From Verrucomicrobiota bacterium (GTDB taxonomy: Bacteria > Verrucomicrobiota > Verrucomicrobiia > Limisphaerales > JBBRPK01): a DNA stretch of 64,000 nt. The notes under the pieces were generated by a model, which was given only the letters and a program-made list of their open reading frames with translations, did not search any database and was not told the DNA's origin. Of the stretch, positions 49,701-58,956 are shown piece by piece. Position 1 is the first letter of the stretch, and every line of letters begins with the position of its first letter. Made by a program: the position numbers and the translations under genes. Location of the stretch: positions 5,813-69,812 of the forward strand of contig JBBRPK010000007.1 of the NCBI GenBank assembly GCA_038228235.1, written 5' to 3'.

Positions 49701-50319
49701 GGAAATCGGGGATGACAATTTTGCGTTCCGCGAACGAGTGAGCGAGATAAAGCCAGAACTCAAAATCATCCTTGGGAAACGACGGCCACAAATCCAATCG
49801 GCCCCAACCATAACCAAAAACGAGAAACCCTAACTGCGTCAGTTCCCAGGATTCAATGCCGCCTTTGAGGCGGCCCCGCCCGTAAAGCTCCTGCAAATTC
49901 CGGAGCAGGCGGCGCTCCTCTTGATTCAGTTTGCGCTGGATTTTCTCCAACACGCGCTTTTCCAGAACACTTGCCTTGGGTGGGCGCGTTTCGTTCGCCG
50001 CCAGGGGCAGGAGCGTCTTGTGCCCGGACAGCAACGCGCTCATGGCGGCGTAAGCGTGTTCGCAATCGAACGGGGTGGTGCAAGTGCATTCCGCATCCCA
50101 ACCGCCCTCGTAATAAAACAAACTCACGGCGAAGACCTTCTGCGCCTGCACTTGCGCAGTGTAACCCCGCCCCTCATCTTCGCATCGCAATTGGCGCACG
50201 CTTCCCTGAGAAAATAATTGTTGCCCGCGATTTCGGGAATAAGCCGGGAACGCGCGAAGGAACTCCTGCGCGCTGGCGATATCGTGAATTGTAGTGCTTC
50301 CGCTTCCGGCCATGCTCAA
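46759..50319 (-). CDS. SNF2-family helicase with N-terminal SWIM zinc finger
   Basis: The SWIM motif reads 'CTCTTPFDCEHAYA'. The helicase motifs are 'GILADDMGLGKTLQT', 'ILDEGQYIKN', 'LSGTPIENR', 'KVLVFSQF' and 'QAIDRTHRIGQ'. Confidence 0.9.
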   Translation of the reverse strand: MSMAGSGSTTIHDIASAQEFLRAFPAYSRNRGQQLFSQGSVRQLRCEDEGRGYTAQVQAQKVFAVSLFYYEGGWDAECTCTTPFDCEHAYAAMSALLSGHKTLLPLAANETRPPKASVLEKRVLEKIQRKLNQEERRLLRNLQELYGRGRLKGGIESWELTQLGFLVFGYGWGRLDLWPSFPKDDFEFWLYLAHSFAERKIVIPDFLEAVTDFESIREPLAEMKRRRDILRWQEQLQQARGKGLASGKTRPVDFRLVIGSETSHLESKPTGEGAFKPLKSSTSRRLLAEYFAGTLEIVPEAFSLWHSFSQRYHHEYRLSKLKSQFRYDDPEARQLLNPLLRLPGLHDRIVMETGQPFIRIAEPLRWNLLPAETEKDDYQVRLVRSDGSPPPPIWLTLPGQPTLYVSSEGIYTGPLLWEGALDATQVNSIPAPALETPEGLDLVLRLGLDLPPRLEQRAEKVSFEATISCELRPGNGYGGDAEFIFVEVLAEAKKTRAKEIFTAAGWEADSRGRLPSKKQTETIYLYDRSALERIPAALEPLGLKWDDYRKHWSIRLTKNLPQTFLGWLQSLPENIKVELDAELSALTKEPTQATVKLDCTEAGVDWFDLKVVLNVTDTELTQDELKALLDAQGRFVRLGKKGWRRLRFDLSSEDDERLARLGLSAKDFSSEPQRLHALQLADKTAATLLPERQAEDIQRRVSELKTRVTPPVPESVRAQLRPYQVEGFHFLAYLTANHFGGILADDMGLGKTLQTLTWLAWLRQQPDQPKKPTLVVCPKSVMDTWLGEAEKFTPNLRVQLWKGTDGSGLRAAIAETDLLVMNYAQLRGLGEAMTSIEWLTAILDEGQYIKNPESQTARVARSLKADYRVALSGTPIENRLLDLWSLMAFAMPGVLGNRAQFVKRFDKSEDPLAHRRLAARARPFLLRRTKSQVATDLPDRTEEDLYCEMEGQQKILYVAEFKRAQQMLLNVQTRKELNEFRFHFLTSLLRLRQICCHPALYSPEARNAESAKLNAFTELIDPLMQEGHKVLVFSQFVTMLDILREVVQERNWPHFYLAGDTENRGQLVQDFQKSSGAAVFLISLKAGGFGLNLTAASYVVLFDPWWNPAVESQAIDRTHRIGQTSKVIAYRLLTKGSIEEKIRSLQRIKSALVADVLGEDSFAGSLSLEDLQFLFSDDPPEKPAVV

Positions 50320-50897
50320 AAGAATTTAGCCCCTCTGCCACGGGCTACAAGGGATAAATTACATTTGAGAGAGTTTTATGGGAGGCGCGATCAAAACGGG
50401 GTTGCGCCAAGGCTCTTTTGCAGGATGGGCGGGTGGGCGTGGAACAAGTTGGAGCCCGCCCAAACAAGGAGTGGTCCATCGTTTTGGACGTGTGGTGAAG
50501 GGATCCAGCAATTACCGCGAAGCGTTTGGAATGCGTGGAGATCGCTCCCGCTCTGTCGGCGCCGGGGCGTGAAAGCGCGGGCAAGCCTGGCAAGCCGCCG
50601 CCGCCCAAAGGCTTTCCGCGAGGCTCGGCGCCTTCTGTCTCCGCTCGCCTTAAGCGCGGTTGGAGAGCGACGCTTGGCCTCCTAGCCGTACCAAGGCAGT
50701 TGGACCAAGGCCACCGTTTGTGGATTGATTGTTTTTGTGAATAAAACCGACCAATCTGCGGGCACACGCCCAATTCACCAAACGGTGGCACCGAAGCTCC
50801 AATTCCAACGTGCGAATAAGTCCACTCAATCGAGTTCGCCGACTAGAAGCGTAGCGCGCATTGGGATTGACGCTGCGCCGGGGACGGCGCACTCCGG

Positions 50898-52043
50898 TCA
50901 GAAACCGCGCATCGCGGCATCCGCTTCCGCTGCCAACTCGAACAGCAGTTCGAAGAAGGCTTCACGTTGTCCCATGAAAAGCCCCGATTTGGTCAGACCA
51001 TGGGCCGCGGCCACGGCCCCGGCTTTGGCCGTGGACGTTGGGCGAATCACTGCGCACAGAGGGAGATTCGCGCTGATAAACTTGCAGGGTCTGGCCATAA
51101 CTTGATTGGTATCTATCGGGTCTGCGACATCGTGCCCATTGGGAGTTTGGCTCGGAGCCATGGGGAGTTGCGGAAAGAGCGCGCCCGTGGCCATTGGCAC
51201 CGGGGGGGCATTGCCCGCTTTGTCCTGCCAAATCTCGAAGTGCTGGACCTCGGTGCCGCCAATGGCCGCCACGATTCGCAATGTCTCGACAGCGGTGGCT
51301 TTGGGAATAAAGGAGTCGTAGAGACTCGATCCTCCTTGCTCGACGGTGGCGAAGTGGAATCCGGCTGTATTGGCGATGAGTTGGATGTCGTCCCCTCCGA
51401 TCGCGAGGTCGGCGTTCGGGATGGCGGGCACATTCACCAGATTGACAATTTGGGGAAAGGTATCCCCAAAGTCGGGGTTGCCTGTGCTGCGATAGCGTGT
51501 ATACCAGCTCGTATCAACGGTGAGGTTCATCAAATTGGTCAGGCGTTTGGCGGTTTTGTTTGCGCCGGAGGCCTGGCTGCTGGGCAGGGTGCGGAAGTGT
51601 CCCAGGCTGATGGGTCGCTGACCTTTGGAGATGAGATAGGCATTAAGGAAGTTCTGGTGGGTAAACTCGTTGCGGGTATTTTGGTTCACATAGGTAGGCA
51701 TGTCCCCGTCGAGCACCTGCAAAGCCTGTTGAAAAGCGGCGTTCCCCAGCGCTAGCTCATTGTATTGTTGCCAAAGGTCGGTTTCCAGAATCTCGGCGGC
51801 TGCCAGGAATCTGAGGATGGCGGCATCGCCACGAGTCAGGCCGACGCCCCCTCCACCGTCCTCACCGCGGGCGGCCGCCCCGGCGGCCAACCAACTCGTG
51901 GCTGGAAGCAGCGCGGTTCCTCCCCAACCGACGCGTTTAAGAAAAGAGCGCCGTCCCAGGCGGGAGGCGGGTTGTTTCTGATGCGTGAGAGAGATTGCAT
52001 CCGGGTTTGTAACGGCATTTTTGGATTTTGGTGTGGTCAACAT
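50898..52043 (-). CDS. Tat-exported ferritin-like-domain protein
   Basis: The Tat signal is 'GRRSFLKRVGWGGTALL'. 'GDAAILRFLAAAEILETDLWQQYNELA' resembles the Ferritin_2-type first helix. I prefer the ATG at 52043 ('MLTTPKSKN'). The ORF opens at 52334. Confidence 0.55.
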   Translation of the reverse strand: MLTTPKSKNAVTNPDAISLTHQKQPASRLGRRSFLKRVGWGGTALLPATSWLAAGAAARGEDGGGGVGLTRGDAAILRFLAAAEILETDLWQQYNELALGNAAFQQALQVLDGDMPTYVNQNTRNEFTHQNFLNAYLISKGQRPISLGHFRTLPSSQASGANKTAKRLTNLMNLTVDTSWYTRYRSTGNPDFGDTFPQIVNLVNVPAIPNADLAIGGDDIQLIANTAGFHFATVEQGGSSLYDSFIPKATAVETLRIVAAIGGTEVQHFEIWQDKAGNAPPVPMATGALFPQLPMAPSQTPNGHDVADPIDTNQVMARPCKFISANLPLCAVIRPTSTAKAGAVAAAHGLTKSGLFMGQREAFFELLFELAAEADAAMRGF

Positions 52044-52316
52044 GTTCGTACCTTTCGTTTTCTTCAGCGGGGATTCGCGCCAAATAGCTGTTTCATAGAT
52101 AAGAGGAATCAGGATGGGGCTTGGTTCCCGACAATTCTCAATGAGGCTGAAAAACGGTTGCGAAGGATTTGCTTTGGGTATCCTTGTCGGCAGGCCGGTC
52201 GCCAGACACGCTAAAGCGTGGACACCAAACAGAGCGGATTGGGAAAGCAAAATCACTGGGGAGGATTTGTTAACCGTCTTGCCGCTTCCTGGCGCTTCTC
52301 GTATCATCACTGACCA

Positions 52317-53459
52317 ATGTGTTCCCGCGCCCATGCAGGTCGTCTCATGTTCCTTTTCGCGCTGGGTTCATTCGCGAGCGCAGGCGGTGGTGAAGTCGAT
52401 CCTGCGGTCTCCGCAACGTTTCCCGACACGGGCCAGCGAATTGAGTCCCTTCGCCAGAAGCACCACTTGCCGGCACTGGCGGTCGTTGTGGTCAAAGATA
52501 GCAAGATTTGCGAGCGGGCGGCCACAGGCGTACGCAAGGTGGGGAATCCGGCATTGGTGACCACGAGCGATCTCTTTCACATCGGTTCCTGCACAAAGTC
52601 AATGACCGCGACTCTAACGGCACTAATGATCGAGGCCGGGACATTACGCTGGGACACCACGATTGCCGAAGCTTTCCCGGAGATGAAGAATAGCATGAAC
52701 ACCCAGTATCGGGCAGTCACAGTCGAACAGTTATTGACTCATCGAGGTGGATTTCCAACCCAACCGCCTGCCGGGGCATGGAAACGGGCGTGGGAAAAGA
52801 AAGGCTCCGCAAGGGAGCAGCGTTACGAGTTTATTCAGGCCGTGCTCAGCCACCCGCCAGCCTCGGCACCGGGCGCTAAATTCGTTTATTCGAACCAGGG
52901 CTATGCCATCGTGGGAGCGATGTTGGAACGGCTTACTGGACGCGCCTGGGAGGAACTTTTGAGGGAGAAACTGTTCGAGCCACTCGGGATGAAATCGGCC
53001 GGTTTTGGCGTGCCTGGAACCGCTGCCGAGGTGGACCAACCCTGGGGGCATCTAATCGATGGAGGAACGATAAAGGCGGTGCAATCGGACAATCCTCCCT
53101 CGATTGGGCCCGCTGGCACCGTTCATTGTTCGTTGGACGATCTCGCGCACTACACCATCATCCATCTGCAACGAGGGCGCGGAAACGGCGGCCTGCTGAA
53201 GGCGGAAACGTTCCGGAAATTGCATCAGCCGCCGGAAGGAGGGGATTATGCCTGTGGTTGGATTAGTGTGGAGCGCGGGTGGGCGCATGGAAGCGCGTTA
53301 ACTCACAACGGATCCAATACCATGTGGTACGTGGTCATGTGGCTGGCCCCGGAGCGGAGTTTCTCGGTCGTCGTCGGAGCGAACATTGCCGGTCCAGAAG
53401 CGGAGAAGGCTTGTGATGAAGCGGCCTCCGCCATGATCGGGAAATGGCTTCCGAAATAA
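52317..53459 (+). CDS. beta-lactamase-fold serine hydrolase (second copy in the window)
   Basis: The SxxK motif reads 'FHIGSCTKSMTA' and the YxN motif reads 'YSNQGY'. The signal-like N-terminus is 'MFLFALGSFASAGG'. Confidence 0.8.
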   Translation: MCSRAHAGRLMFLFALGSFASAGGGEVDPAVSATFPDTGQRIESLRQKHHLPALAVVVVKDSKICERAATGVRKVGNPALVTTSDLFHIGSCTKSMTATLTALMIEAGTLRWDTTIAEAFPEMKNSMNTQYRAVTVEQLLTHRGGFPTQPPAGAWKRAWEKKGSAREQRYEFIQAVLSHPPASAPGAKFVYSNQGYAIVGAMLERLTGRAWEELLREKLFEPLGMKSAGFGVPGTAAEVDQPWGHLIDGGTIKAVQSDNPPSIGPAGTVHCSLDDLAHYTIIHLQRGRGNGGLLKAETFRKLHQPPEGGDYACGWISVERGWAHGSALTHNGSNTMWYVVMWLAPERSFSVVVGANIAGPEAEKACDEAASAMIGKWLPK

Positions 53460-53467
53460 GAAGCGGC

Positions 53468-53923
53468 TCACGCCTTGCCGCCAAATGAGACGAAATCGTC
53501 CACATCCAACAACTCCGACCACGTGGCCAGGTCTTTTCGGTGGGGAGCAGTCTTGGCCAGGAGGTTTTGAAAGTATTCTCGCGTCTCGGCGTCGTGCGGA
53601 GCACGATGGTCTTGTTCACTGGACCAGGCCTCGATTTCCGGAGGGCTGGGTTCCTTTTTGGAGTTGCTCTGAATCCATTCCAGAATTTCTTTGTCTCCTT
53701 TCCCTGTCGCGAGCTGTTGTTTGAGGGCCTCGGGGTCAATTCCCGCAAATTCCAGGAAACGCTGATCAAGCGGACAGGCATAATTATATTCGCCGTTTGT
53801 TCCCCCGATCGCCGCGCGACCCTTATCAAGCATTCGCGGCACCAGCGCGTACCCACCCAAGCGCACCCGCGGGCTGCGTGGCGGACGTTTTGTTAAATCG
53901 GGAGCATTGATATTATTTTTCAT
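53468..53923 (-). CDS. DUF5069-like small protein
   Basis: The 151-aa product from ATG 53923 reads 'PRSPRVRLGGYALVPRMLDKGRAAIGGTNGEYNYACPLDQRFLEFAGID', which matches my recollection of the DUF5069 pattern. The longer ORF to 54325 would overlap the livK-like gene. Confidence 0.55.
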   Translation of the reverse strand: MKNNINAPDLTKRPPRSPRVRLGGYALVPRMLDKGRAAIGGTNGEYNYACPLDQRFLEFAGIDPEALKQQLATGKGDKEILEWIQSNSKKEPSPPEIEAWSSEQDHRAPHDAETREYFQNLLAKTAPHRKDLATWSELLDVDDFVSFGGKA

Positions 53924-53957
53924 AGCCTTAACCTTGGCTCGTGCACCTCCAATTGTC

Positions 53958-53981
53958 AGCATAAAAGAGAGCATAAAAGAG
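53958..53981. repeat. perfect tandem 12-mer (AGCATAAAAGAG x2) in a divergent promoter region
   Basis: Read directly: 53958-53969 equals 53970-53981. It lies between the DUF5069-like start (53923, -) and the livK-like start (54158, +). Confidence 0.6.
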
Positions 53982-54157
53982 GGCAGAGAACCTCGCGGGG
54001 CAAACAACCCAAGAACGATCTCGACCCGAATTTCACGCCGGAAGGATAAAGGTCTTTGAAGGTTGAAAGTCGTCCCAAAACTTTCTAGGCTACTTCCCCG
54101 CGGTGGTTCACGCGGAACGAACATACGGTTAACAGCGACGGTCGTAGCACGAATTCT

Positions 54158-55309
54158 ATGAAAACGAAGTCTCCGCAAATCAGGCGCATTCTCCTGGTGA
54201 AATGCCTCGCCCTCGTCGTCTTGTCCGGGTGCAATAAACCGGTCGGAGGGGCGAACGAAATCCGGGTGGGAGAGTTCGCCTCTCTCACCGGCAAAGAGGC
54301 CACTTTCGGCCAGATGTCTCACCACGGCACCGAACTGGCCATTGATGAAGTCAACGACGCGGGAGGTGTACTAGGTAAAAAGATCAAACTGCTTTACGAA
54401 GATGACCAATCAAAGCAGGGCGAACCCGCCACCGTCGTAAAGAAGCTTATTTCGCGGGACGGTGCGGTGGCGGTTTTGGGGGAGGTTGCTTCCTCCCGCT
54501 CCATGGAAGCGGCGCCGACTTGCCAGCAGAACAAAATTCCCATGATCTCCCCTGCTTCCACTAACGTAAAGCTGACCGAGATGGGCGATTACATCTTCCG
54601 GGTTTGCTTCACTGACGCCTTCCAGGGAAAGCTGCTGGCGAATTTCGCCAAACGGACCCTCAAAGCAAACAATGTTGCAATTCTGACGGATACCAAATCC
54701 GATTACAGTGTCGGTTTGAGCCGGGATTTCAATGCCCCCTTCGTGGCCAACGGCGGTAAGATTGTGGCGGAGCAGGTTTATAATGGCGGAGACAAAGATT
54801 TCAAGGGTCAACTCACCGCGATCAAAGCCGCAAACCCGGATGCCATCCTGGTTCCGGGCTACTACACGGACGTCGGACTCGTCGCCAAGCAGGCCAGGCA
54901 ACTCGGCATCATTGTGCCCCTTTTTGGGGGAGACGGTTGGGAATCCTCGAAGCTCATCGAAATAGGCGGTTCGGAAGTCGAAGGAACCTATTTCTCCACT
55001 CATTTCTCCCCGGAGGAGGTCTCGCCTGTAGTGCAGGACTTTGTCAAAAAGTTTCAAGCTAAATACCACGAAGTCCCCGACGCCATGGCCGCTTTAGGCT
55101 ACGATTCCGCCAGGGTGCTGGTGGATGCCATGAGACGGGCCGAAACTGTTGATGGCCCAAAACTTCGCGACGCCATTTCGGCTACGAAAGATTTTCCGGG
55201 CGTCACCGGGAAAATCACCTTGGATGAGAAAAGAAATGCAACCAAACCAGCCGTCATTCTCACTGTTAAGGACGGAAAATTTAAGTACGTCGAAACCGTA
55301 ATGCCCTGA
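54158..55309 (+). CDS. ABC transporter substrate-binding lipoprotein, branched-chain amino acid (LivK/LivJ-like) family
   Basis: The lipobox reads 'LVVLSGC'. 'IRVGEFASLTGKEATFGQ..GTELAIDEVNDAGGVLGKKIKLLYEDDQS' is a typical Peripla_BP_6 N-terminus. Confidence 0.85.
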   Translation: MKTKSPQIRRILLVKCLALVVLSGCNKPVGGANEIRVGEFASLTGKEATFGQMSHHGTELAIDEVNDAGGVLGKKIKLLYEDDQSKQGEPATVVKKLISRDGAVAVLGEVASSRSMEAAPTCQQNKIPMISPASTNVKLTEMGDYIFRVCFTDAFQGKLLANFAKRTLKANNVAILTDTKSDYSVGLSRDFNAPFVANGGKIVAEQVYNGGDKDFKGQLTAIKAANPDAILVPGYYTDVGLVAKQARQLGIIVPLFGGDGWESSKLIEIGGSEVEGTYFSTHFSPEEVSPVVQDFVKKFQAKYHEVPDAMAALGYDSARVLVDAMRRAETVDGPKLRDAISATKDFPGVTGKITLDEKRNATKPAVILTVKDGKFKYVETVMP

Positions 55310-55325
55310 GGGCTGGGTCACCTGA

Positions 55326-56234
55326 TTGAGCGAATTTTTTCAGCAATTGATTAACGGCCTGGCGCTCGGGTCGATTTATGCGCTGATTGCCTTGGGTTAC
55401 ACGATGGTTTATGGCGTTCTGCGGTTCATTAATTTTGCTCACGGAGATATCTTCATGGTGGGCGCCTTCATGGGATTTTATCTGACCCCCATGGCGGGAC
55501 AAGTGTTCGGGCCTCATTCGCTGGCCTGCGCGTTGATGGTGTTAGTGCTTTCCATGTTGATCTGTGCCATGCTGGGTATCCTTATTGAACGGCTGGCCTA
55601 CCGGCCCTTGCGGAATAAGCCCAAATTGGCGGTGCTTATCACTGCCATCGGGGTCTCGCTCCTGATAGAATATGTCGGCCAGCATCCCATGGTATTCACC
55701 GCCTCGCCGAAAACTTTTCCGGAACTGGTTCATAGCCGGAACTTCCATCTCGGTGCCGTCGTGCTGAGCAGTAACGAGGTCCTTGTCCTGGCGGTTACGA
55801 TCGTGTTGTTAGTCGGCTTGGAACTGATCGTTCAGAAAACCAAAATGGGCACCGCCATGCGCGCCGTCTCCTTCAATGCGCCAGCCGCGGCGCTGATGGG
55901 CATCAACCTCGATGTAGTCATCTCGTTCACCTTCGGTTTAGGCTCGGCCCTGGCGGCGGCGGGCGGGATTCTTTATGCGATGAAGTACCCTTCAATCGAT
56001 CCCTTGATGGGAATCATGCCTGGGCTGAAAGCTTTTACGGCAGCGGTGCTGGGGGGTATCGGCAACATTCCCGGCGCCGCCCTGGGAGGGCTGGTGATTG
56101 GCATCGTCGAAACTTTCGTGGGCGGCAGCCATTGGTCGAATTATCGGGACGCGATTTCTTTTGCGATTTTGATTTTGATTCTTCTCTTCAAACCCTCCGG
56201 GCTGCTTGGCAAAGGCGAGATCGAAAAGGTCTGA
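55326..56234 (+). CDS. livH: branched-chain amino acid ABC transporter permease
   Basis: It starts at TTG. 'QQLINGLALGSIYALIALGYTMVYGVLRFINFAHGD' is the canonical LivH N-terminus. Confidence 0.9.
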   Translation: MSEFFQQLINGLALGSIYALIALGYTMVYGVLRFINFAHGDIFMVGAFMGFYLTPMAGQVFGPHSLACALMVLVLSMLICAMLGILIERLAYRPLRNKPKLAVLITAIGVSLLIEYVGQHPMVFTASPKTFPELVHSRNFHLGAVVLSSNEVLVLAVTIVLLVGLELIVQKTKMGTAMRAVSFNAPAAALMGINLDVVISFTFGLGSALAAAGGILYAMKYPSIDPLMGIMPGLKAFTAAVLGGIGNIPGAALGGLVIGIVETFVGGSHWSNYRDAISFAILILILLFKPSGLLGKGEIEKV

Positions 56235-57199
56235 TGAAAGAGAAGTTGTTTTTGCTGGCGGCCCTCATCGTCAGTTTTCTGTTCTCCCTCGGTTCCGGGC
56301 ACATCAACCCCTACTATCTCGACATCGTTCTCGGCATCGGCATTAACATCATTCTGGCGGTGAGTCTTAATTTTATTAACGGCTACACCGGCCAATTTTC
56401 ACTGGGCCATGCTGGATTTATGGCGGTAGGAGCTTACACGTGCGCCTCCGTGACTCTATTTCTTGGCCCTATGGTGTTGCCGCTTTTCGGTGGCGCCATT
56501 GAAATGTTAGGAGTTCCGGCGCTTTTTCTGATGGCGTTGTGCGCGGGCGGCGTTTTGGCCGCCGCTGTGGGTTGGTTGGTGGGGGTGCCCTCGCTGCGCC
56601 TCAAAGGAGATTACCTGGCCATCGTCACCCTCGGCTTCGGAGAGATCATCCGAGTTATTTTTCAAAATATTCAAGCGGTCGGCGGCCCCAGCGGTTTGAA
56701 AGGAATTCAAACTTATACGAACCTTTTTTGGACCTATGCCTGGGCCGCCCTCGCCATCTTTACCGTGCTCATGCTTGTGCACTCCACCTACGGACGCGGC
56801 TTTCTGGCCGTGCATGACGATGAGATTGCCGCCGCCGCCATGGGCGTCAACACCACACGCTACAAAGTCACTGCCTTCGTAGTTGGCTCTTTTTTCGCCG
56901 GAGTTGCTGGCGGACTTTACGCCCACCTCAAAACATTTATTTCCCCGAGCGGATTTGATTTCCTCAAGTCAATTGACATCGTGGTGATGGTAATCCTGGG
57001 CGGGATGGGCAATACCCCCGGAGTGATTCTGGCCGCGATCCTATTAACCTTGTTGCCGGAGGTGTTGCGGCCAGTGGCACAGTATCGCATGATCCTCTAT
57101 GCGCTGCTCATAATCATTATCATGCTGACTCGTCCGCAGGGTCTTTTCACCCTGCGTGGTTTGCGCCCTCAATCGGCTCGCGACTCAACCCATGTCTGA
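56234..57199 (+). CDS. livM: branched-chain amino acid ABC transporter permease
   Basis: The ATG at 56234 overlaps the livH stop (TGATG). The LivM signature reads 'LNFINGYTGQFSLGHAGFMAVGAY'. Confidence 0.9.
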   Translation: MKEKLFLLAALIVSFLFSLGSGHINPYYLDIVLGIGINIILAVSLNFINGYTGQFSLGHAGFMAVGAYTCASVTLFLGPMVLPLFGGAIEMLGVPALFLMALCAGGVLAAAVGWLVGVPSLRLKGDYLAIVTLGFGEIIRVIFQNIQAVGGPSGLKGIQTYTNLFWTYAWAALAIFTVLMLVHSTYGRGFLAVHDDEIAAAAMGVNTTRYKVTAFVVGSFFAGVAGGLYAHLKTFISPSGFDFLKSIDIVVMVILGGMGNTPGVILAAILLTLLPEVLRPVAQYRMILYALLIIIIMLTRPQGLFTLRGLRPQSARDSTHV

Positions 57200-57995
57200 G
57201 GCCAGCACCCAGCCTGCTCTCCTCCAAATGGAGCGTTGCACCATCCGTTTCGGCGGATTGACGGCCGTGTCTGATTTTCAGCTAAGCGTTGGTCCCAACG
57301 AATTAGTGGGGTTGATAGGGCCCAATGGGGCGGGCAAAACGACCGCCTTCAATCTCATCACTGGGGTCTATCAACCGACCGAAGGAAAGATTCTCTTTAA
57401 CGGCCAATCCCTGCTGCGCCTCAAGCCCCACCAAATCACCAACCGAGGGGTGGCGCGCACTTTTCAGAACATTCGCCTCTTCCCGTCCATGACGGTGTTC
57501 GACAATGTCAGGGTTGCTTTTCGTCTGCATTCAAAAGGCGGCCTGCTTTCCGCTTTGTGGCGGGGCCGATCATTTTTGAAAGAGGAAGAAACAATTGCAA
57601 AAAGCGTTGTGGAAATCCTGGACATTTTTCATCTGGCCAGTGCCCGGAATACCATGGCCAAGAACCTCCCTTATGGTGACCAGCGCCGCTTGGAAATCGT
57701 TCGCGCTCTGGCCACGCGGCCCAAGCTCCTGCTCCTGGACGAGCCGGCGGCGGGCATGAACCCCACCGAGAAAGTGGAATTGATGCGCCTCATCCGGTTT
57801 ATCAAGGAGAAATACCGAATCTCGGTGCTGCTGGTGGAGCATGACATGCAAGTGGTGATGGGCATTTGTGAGAGAATCGCCGTGCTGGATTACGGCGTAA
57901 AGATCGCCGAAGGCACGCCCGATAAGGTCCGCAGTGACCCGAAAGTGATTGAGGCCTATCTCGGGGAGGAGCATCCTGTGAACAAGTTGGGATAA
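57192..57995 (+). CDS. livG: branched-chain amino acid ABC transporter ATP-binding protein
   Basis: Walker A reads 'GPNGAGKTT', the signature reads 'LPYGDQRRLEI' and Walker B reads 'LLLLDEPAAG'. It overlaps livM by 8 nt. Confidence 0.9.
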   Translation: MSEASTQPALLQMERCTIRFGGLTAVSDFQLSVGPNELVGLIGPNGAGKTTAFNLITGVYQPTEGKILFNGQSLLRLKPHQITNRGVARTFQNIRLFPSMTVFDNVRVAFRLHSKGGLLSALWRGRSFLKEEETIAKSVVEILDIFHLASARNTMAKNLPYGDQRRLEIVRALATRPKLLLLDEPAAGMNPTEKVELMRLIRFIKEKYRISVLLVEHDMQVVMGICERIAVLDYGVKIAEGTPDKVRSDPKVIEAYLGEEHPVNKLG

Positions 57996-58780
57996 TGAGG
58001 AACCTGGATGCAAATCCATCGGGGCAAAGCAAACCTGCTTCAGCCATTGCCTTGCCTCTGGCAGCTTCGCCTCTGCTGCAGCTCAAGGATCTTTTCGTCA
58101 GCTACGGCGCCGTGGCCGCCTTGCAGGGCGTCTCATTGTTAGTCAATTCAGGGGAAATCGTGACGTTGATTGGCTCCAATGGGGCAGGCAAAAGCACGAC
58201 CCTCAAAACCATTTCCGGCCTGATCAAACCACGCCGCGGCCAAATCCTTCACCACGGTGAAAACATCAGCATGCTGCCACCCCACCGGATTGTTCAGCGC
58301 GGGCTTTCACAGGTGCCGGAGGGCCGCATGATTTTCGCCAATCTGACGGTCTTGGAAAATTTGAAGATGGGCGCTTATCTGCAAAAAGACAAAACGGTAA
58401 TTGCGCAGGAACTGGAAAACGTGTTCGGCATCTTCCCCCGACTCAAGGAGAGAACCAAACAGATCGCAGGCACCCTCTCTGGGGGTGAACAACAGATGCT
58501 GGCGATTGGCCGGGCACTCATGAGCAAGCCCAAGTTCCTGATGCTCGATGAGCCGTCCCTTGGAATTGCCCCGCTCCTGGTCAAGACCATTTTTGAAAAC
58601 ATTGTTCAAATAAATCAGGAGCACGGCATTACCATCCTGCTGGTGGAACAAAACGCGAACCTGGCTTTGCAAATTGCGCATACGGCCTATGTGCTGGAAA
58701 CTGGCCGCATCACTTTGCAGGGGCCTGCCAAAGAATTGCGAAGCAATCCACAAGTGAAAAGCGCGTATCTGGGAGGGTGA
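57995..58780 (+). CDS. livF: branched-chain amino acid ABC transporter ATP-binding protein
   Basis: Walker A reads 'GSNGAGKST', the signature reads 'LSGGEQQMLAIGRAL' and Walker B reads 'FLMLDEPSLG'. It overlaps the livG stop by 1 nt. Confidence 0.9.
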   Translation: MRNLDANPSGQSKPASAIALPLAASPLLQLKDLFVSYGAVAALQGVSLLVNSGEIVTLIGSNGAGKSTTLKTISGLIKPRRGQILHHGENISMLPPHRIVQRGLSQVPEGRMIFANLTVLENLKMGAYLQKDKTVIAQELENVFGIFPRLKERTKQIAGTLSGGEQQMLAIGRALMSKPKFLMLDEPSLGIAPLLVKTIFENIVQINQEHGITILLVEQNANLALQIAHTAYVLETGRITLQGPAKELRSNPQVKSAYLGG

Positions 58781-58790
58781 CAAAACTCCA

Positions 58791-58935
58791 CCCAGGGCGT
58801 TGCTCTGGGCAAGTGTTAGTTTGCCGGTGGGCTTTCAATCAGCGCCAGGAGAAAAGGCGCACAATTCTGCGCTTTCCCCGCCGTCCGGAAGCGCCAACGG
58901 CGCGGCTCTAACCCAGCCCAGGGCAACGCCCTGGG
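58791..58935. repeat. ~145-bp element bounded by a perfect 13-bp inverted repeat (MITE/REP-like) between convergent genes
   Basis: CCCAGGGCGTTGC (58791-58803) is the exact reverse complement of GCAACGCCCTGGG (58923-58935). The right arm also forms a local hairpin, CCCAGGGC-AAC-GCCCTGGG. Confidence 0.45.
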
Positions 58936-58956
58936 AATGCGATGCCCGAACTATAA

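Noticed and set aside
50218-50791. Two overlapping ORFs (155 aa on the plus strand, 148 aa on the minus strand) in the long SNF2/ferritin-like intergenic gap.
   Set aside because: They are mirror-image Arg/Gly/Pro/Ala-rich frames with no motifs and no plausible start context. I treat the region as non-coding or unknown, as described in the finding for this gap.
53924-54325. An upstream extension of the DUF5069-like ORF to a 285-aa protein.
   Set aside because: The extension would run through the divergent promoter and overlap the livK-like start. The family-like sequence begins at the ATG at 53923.
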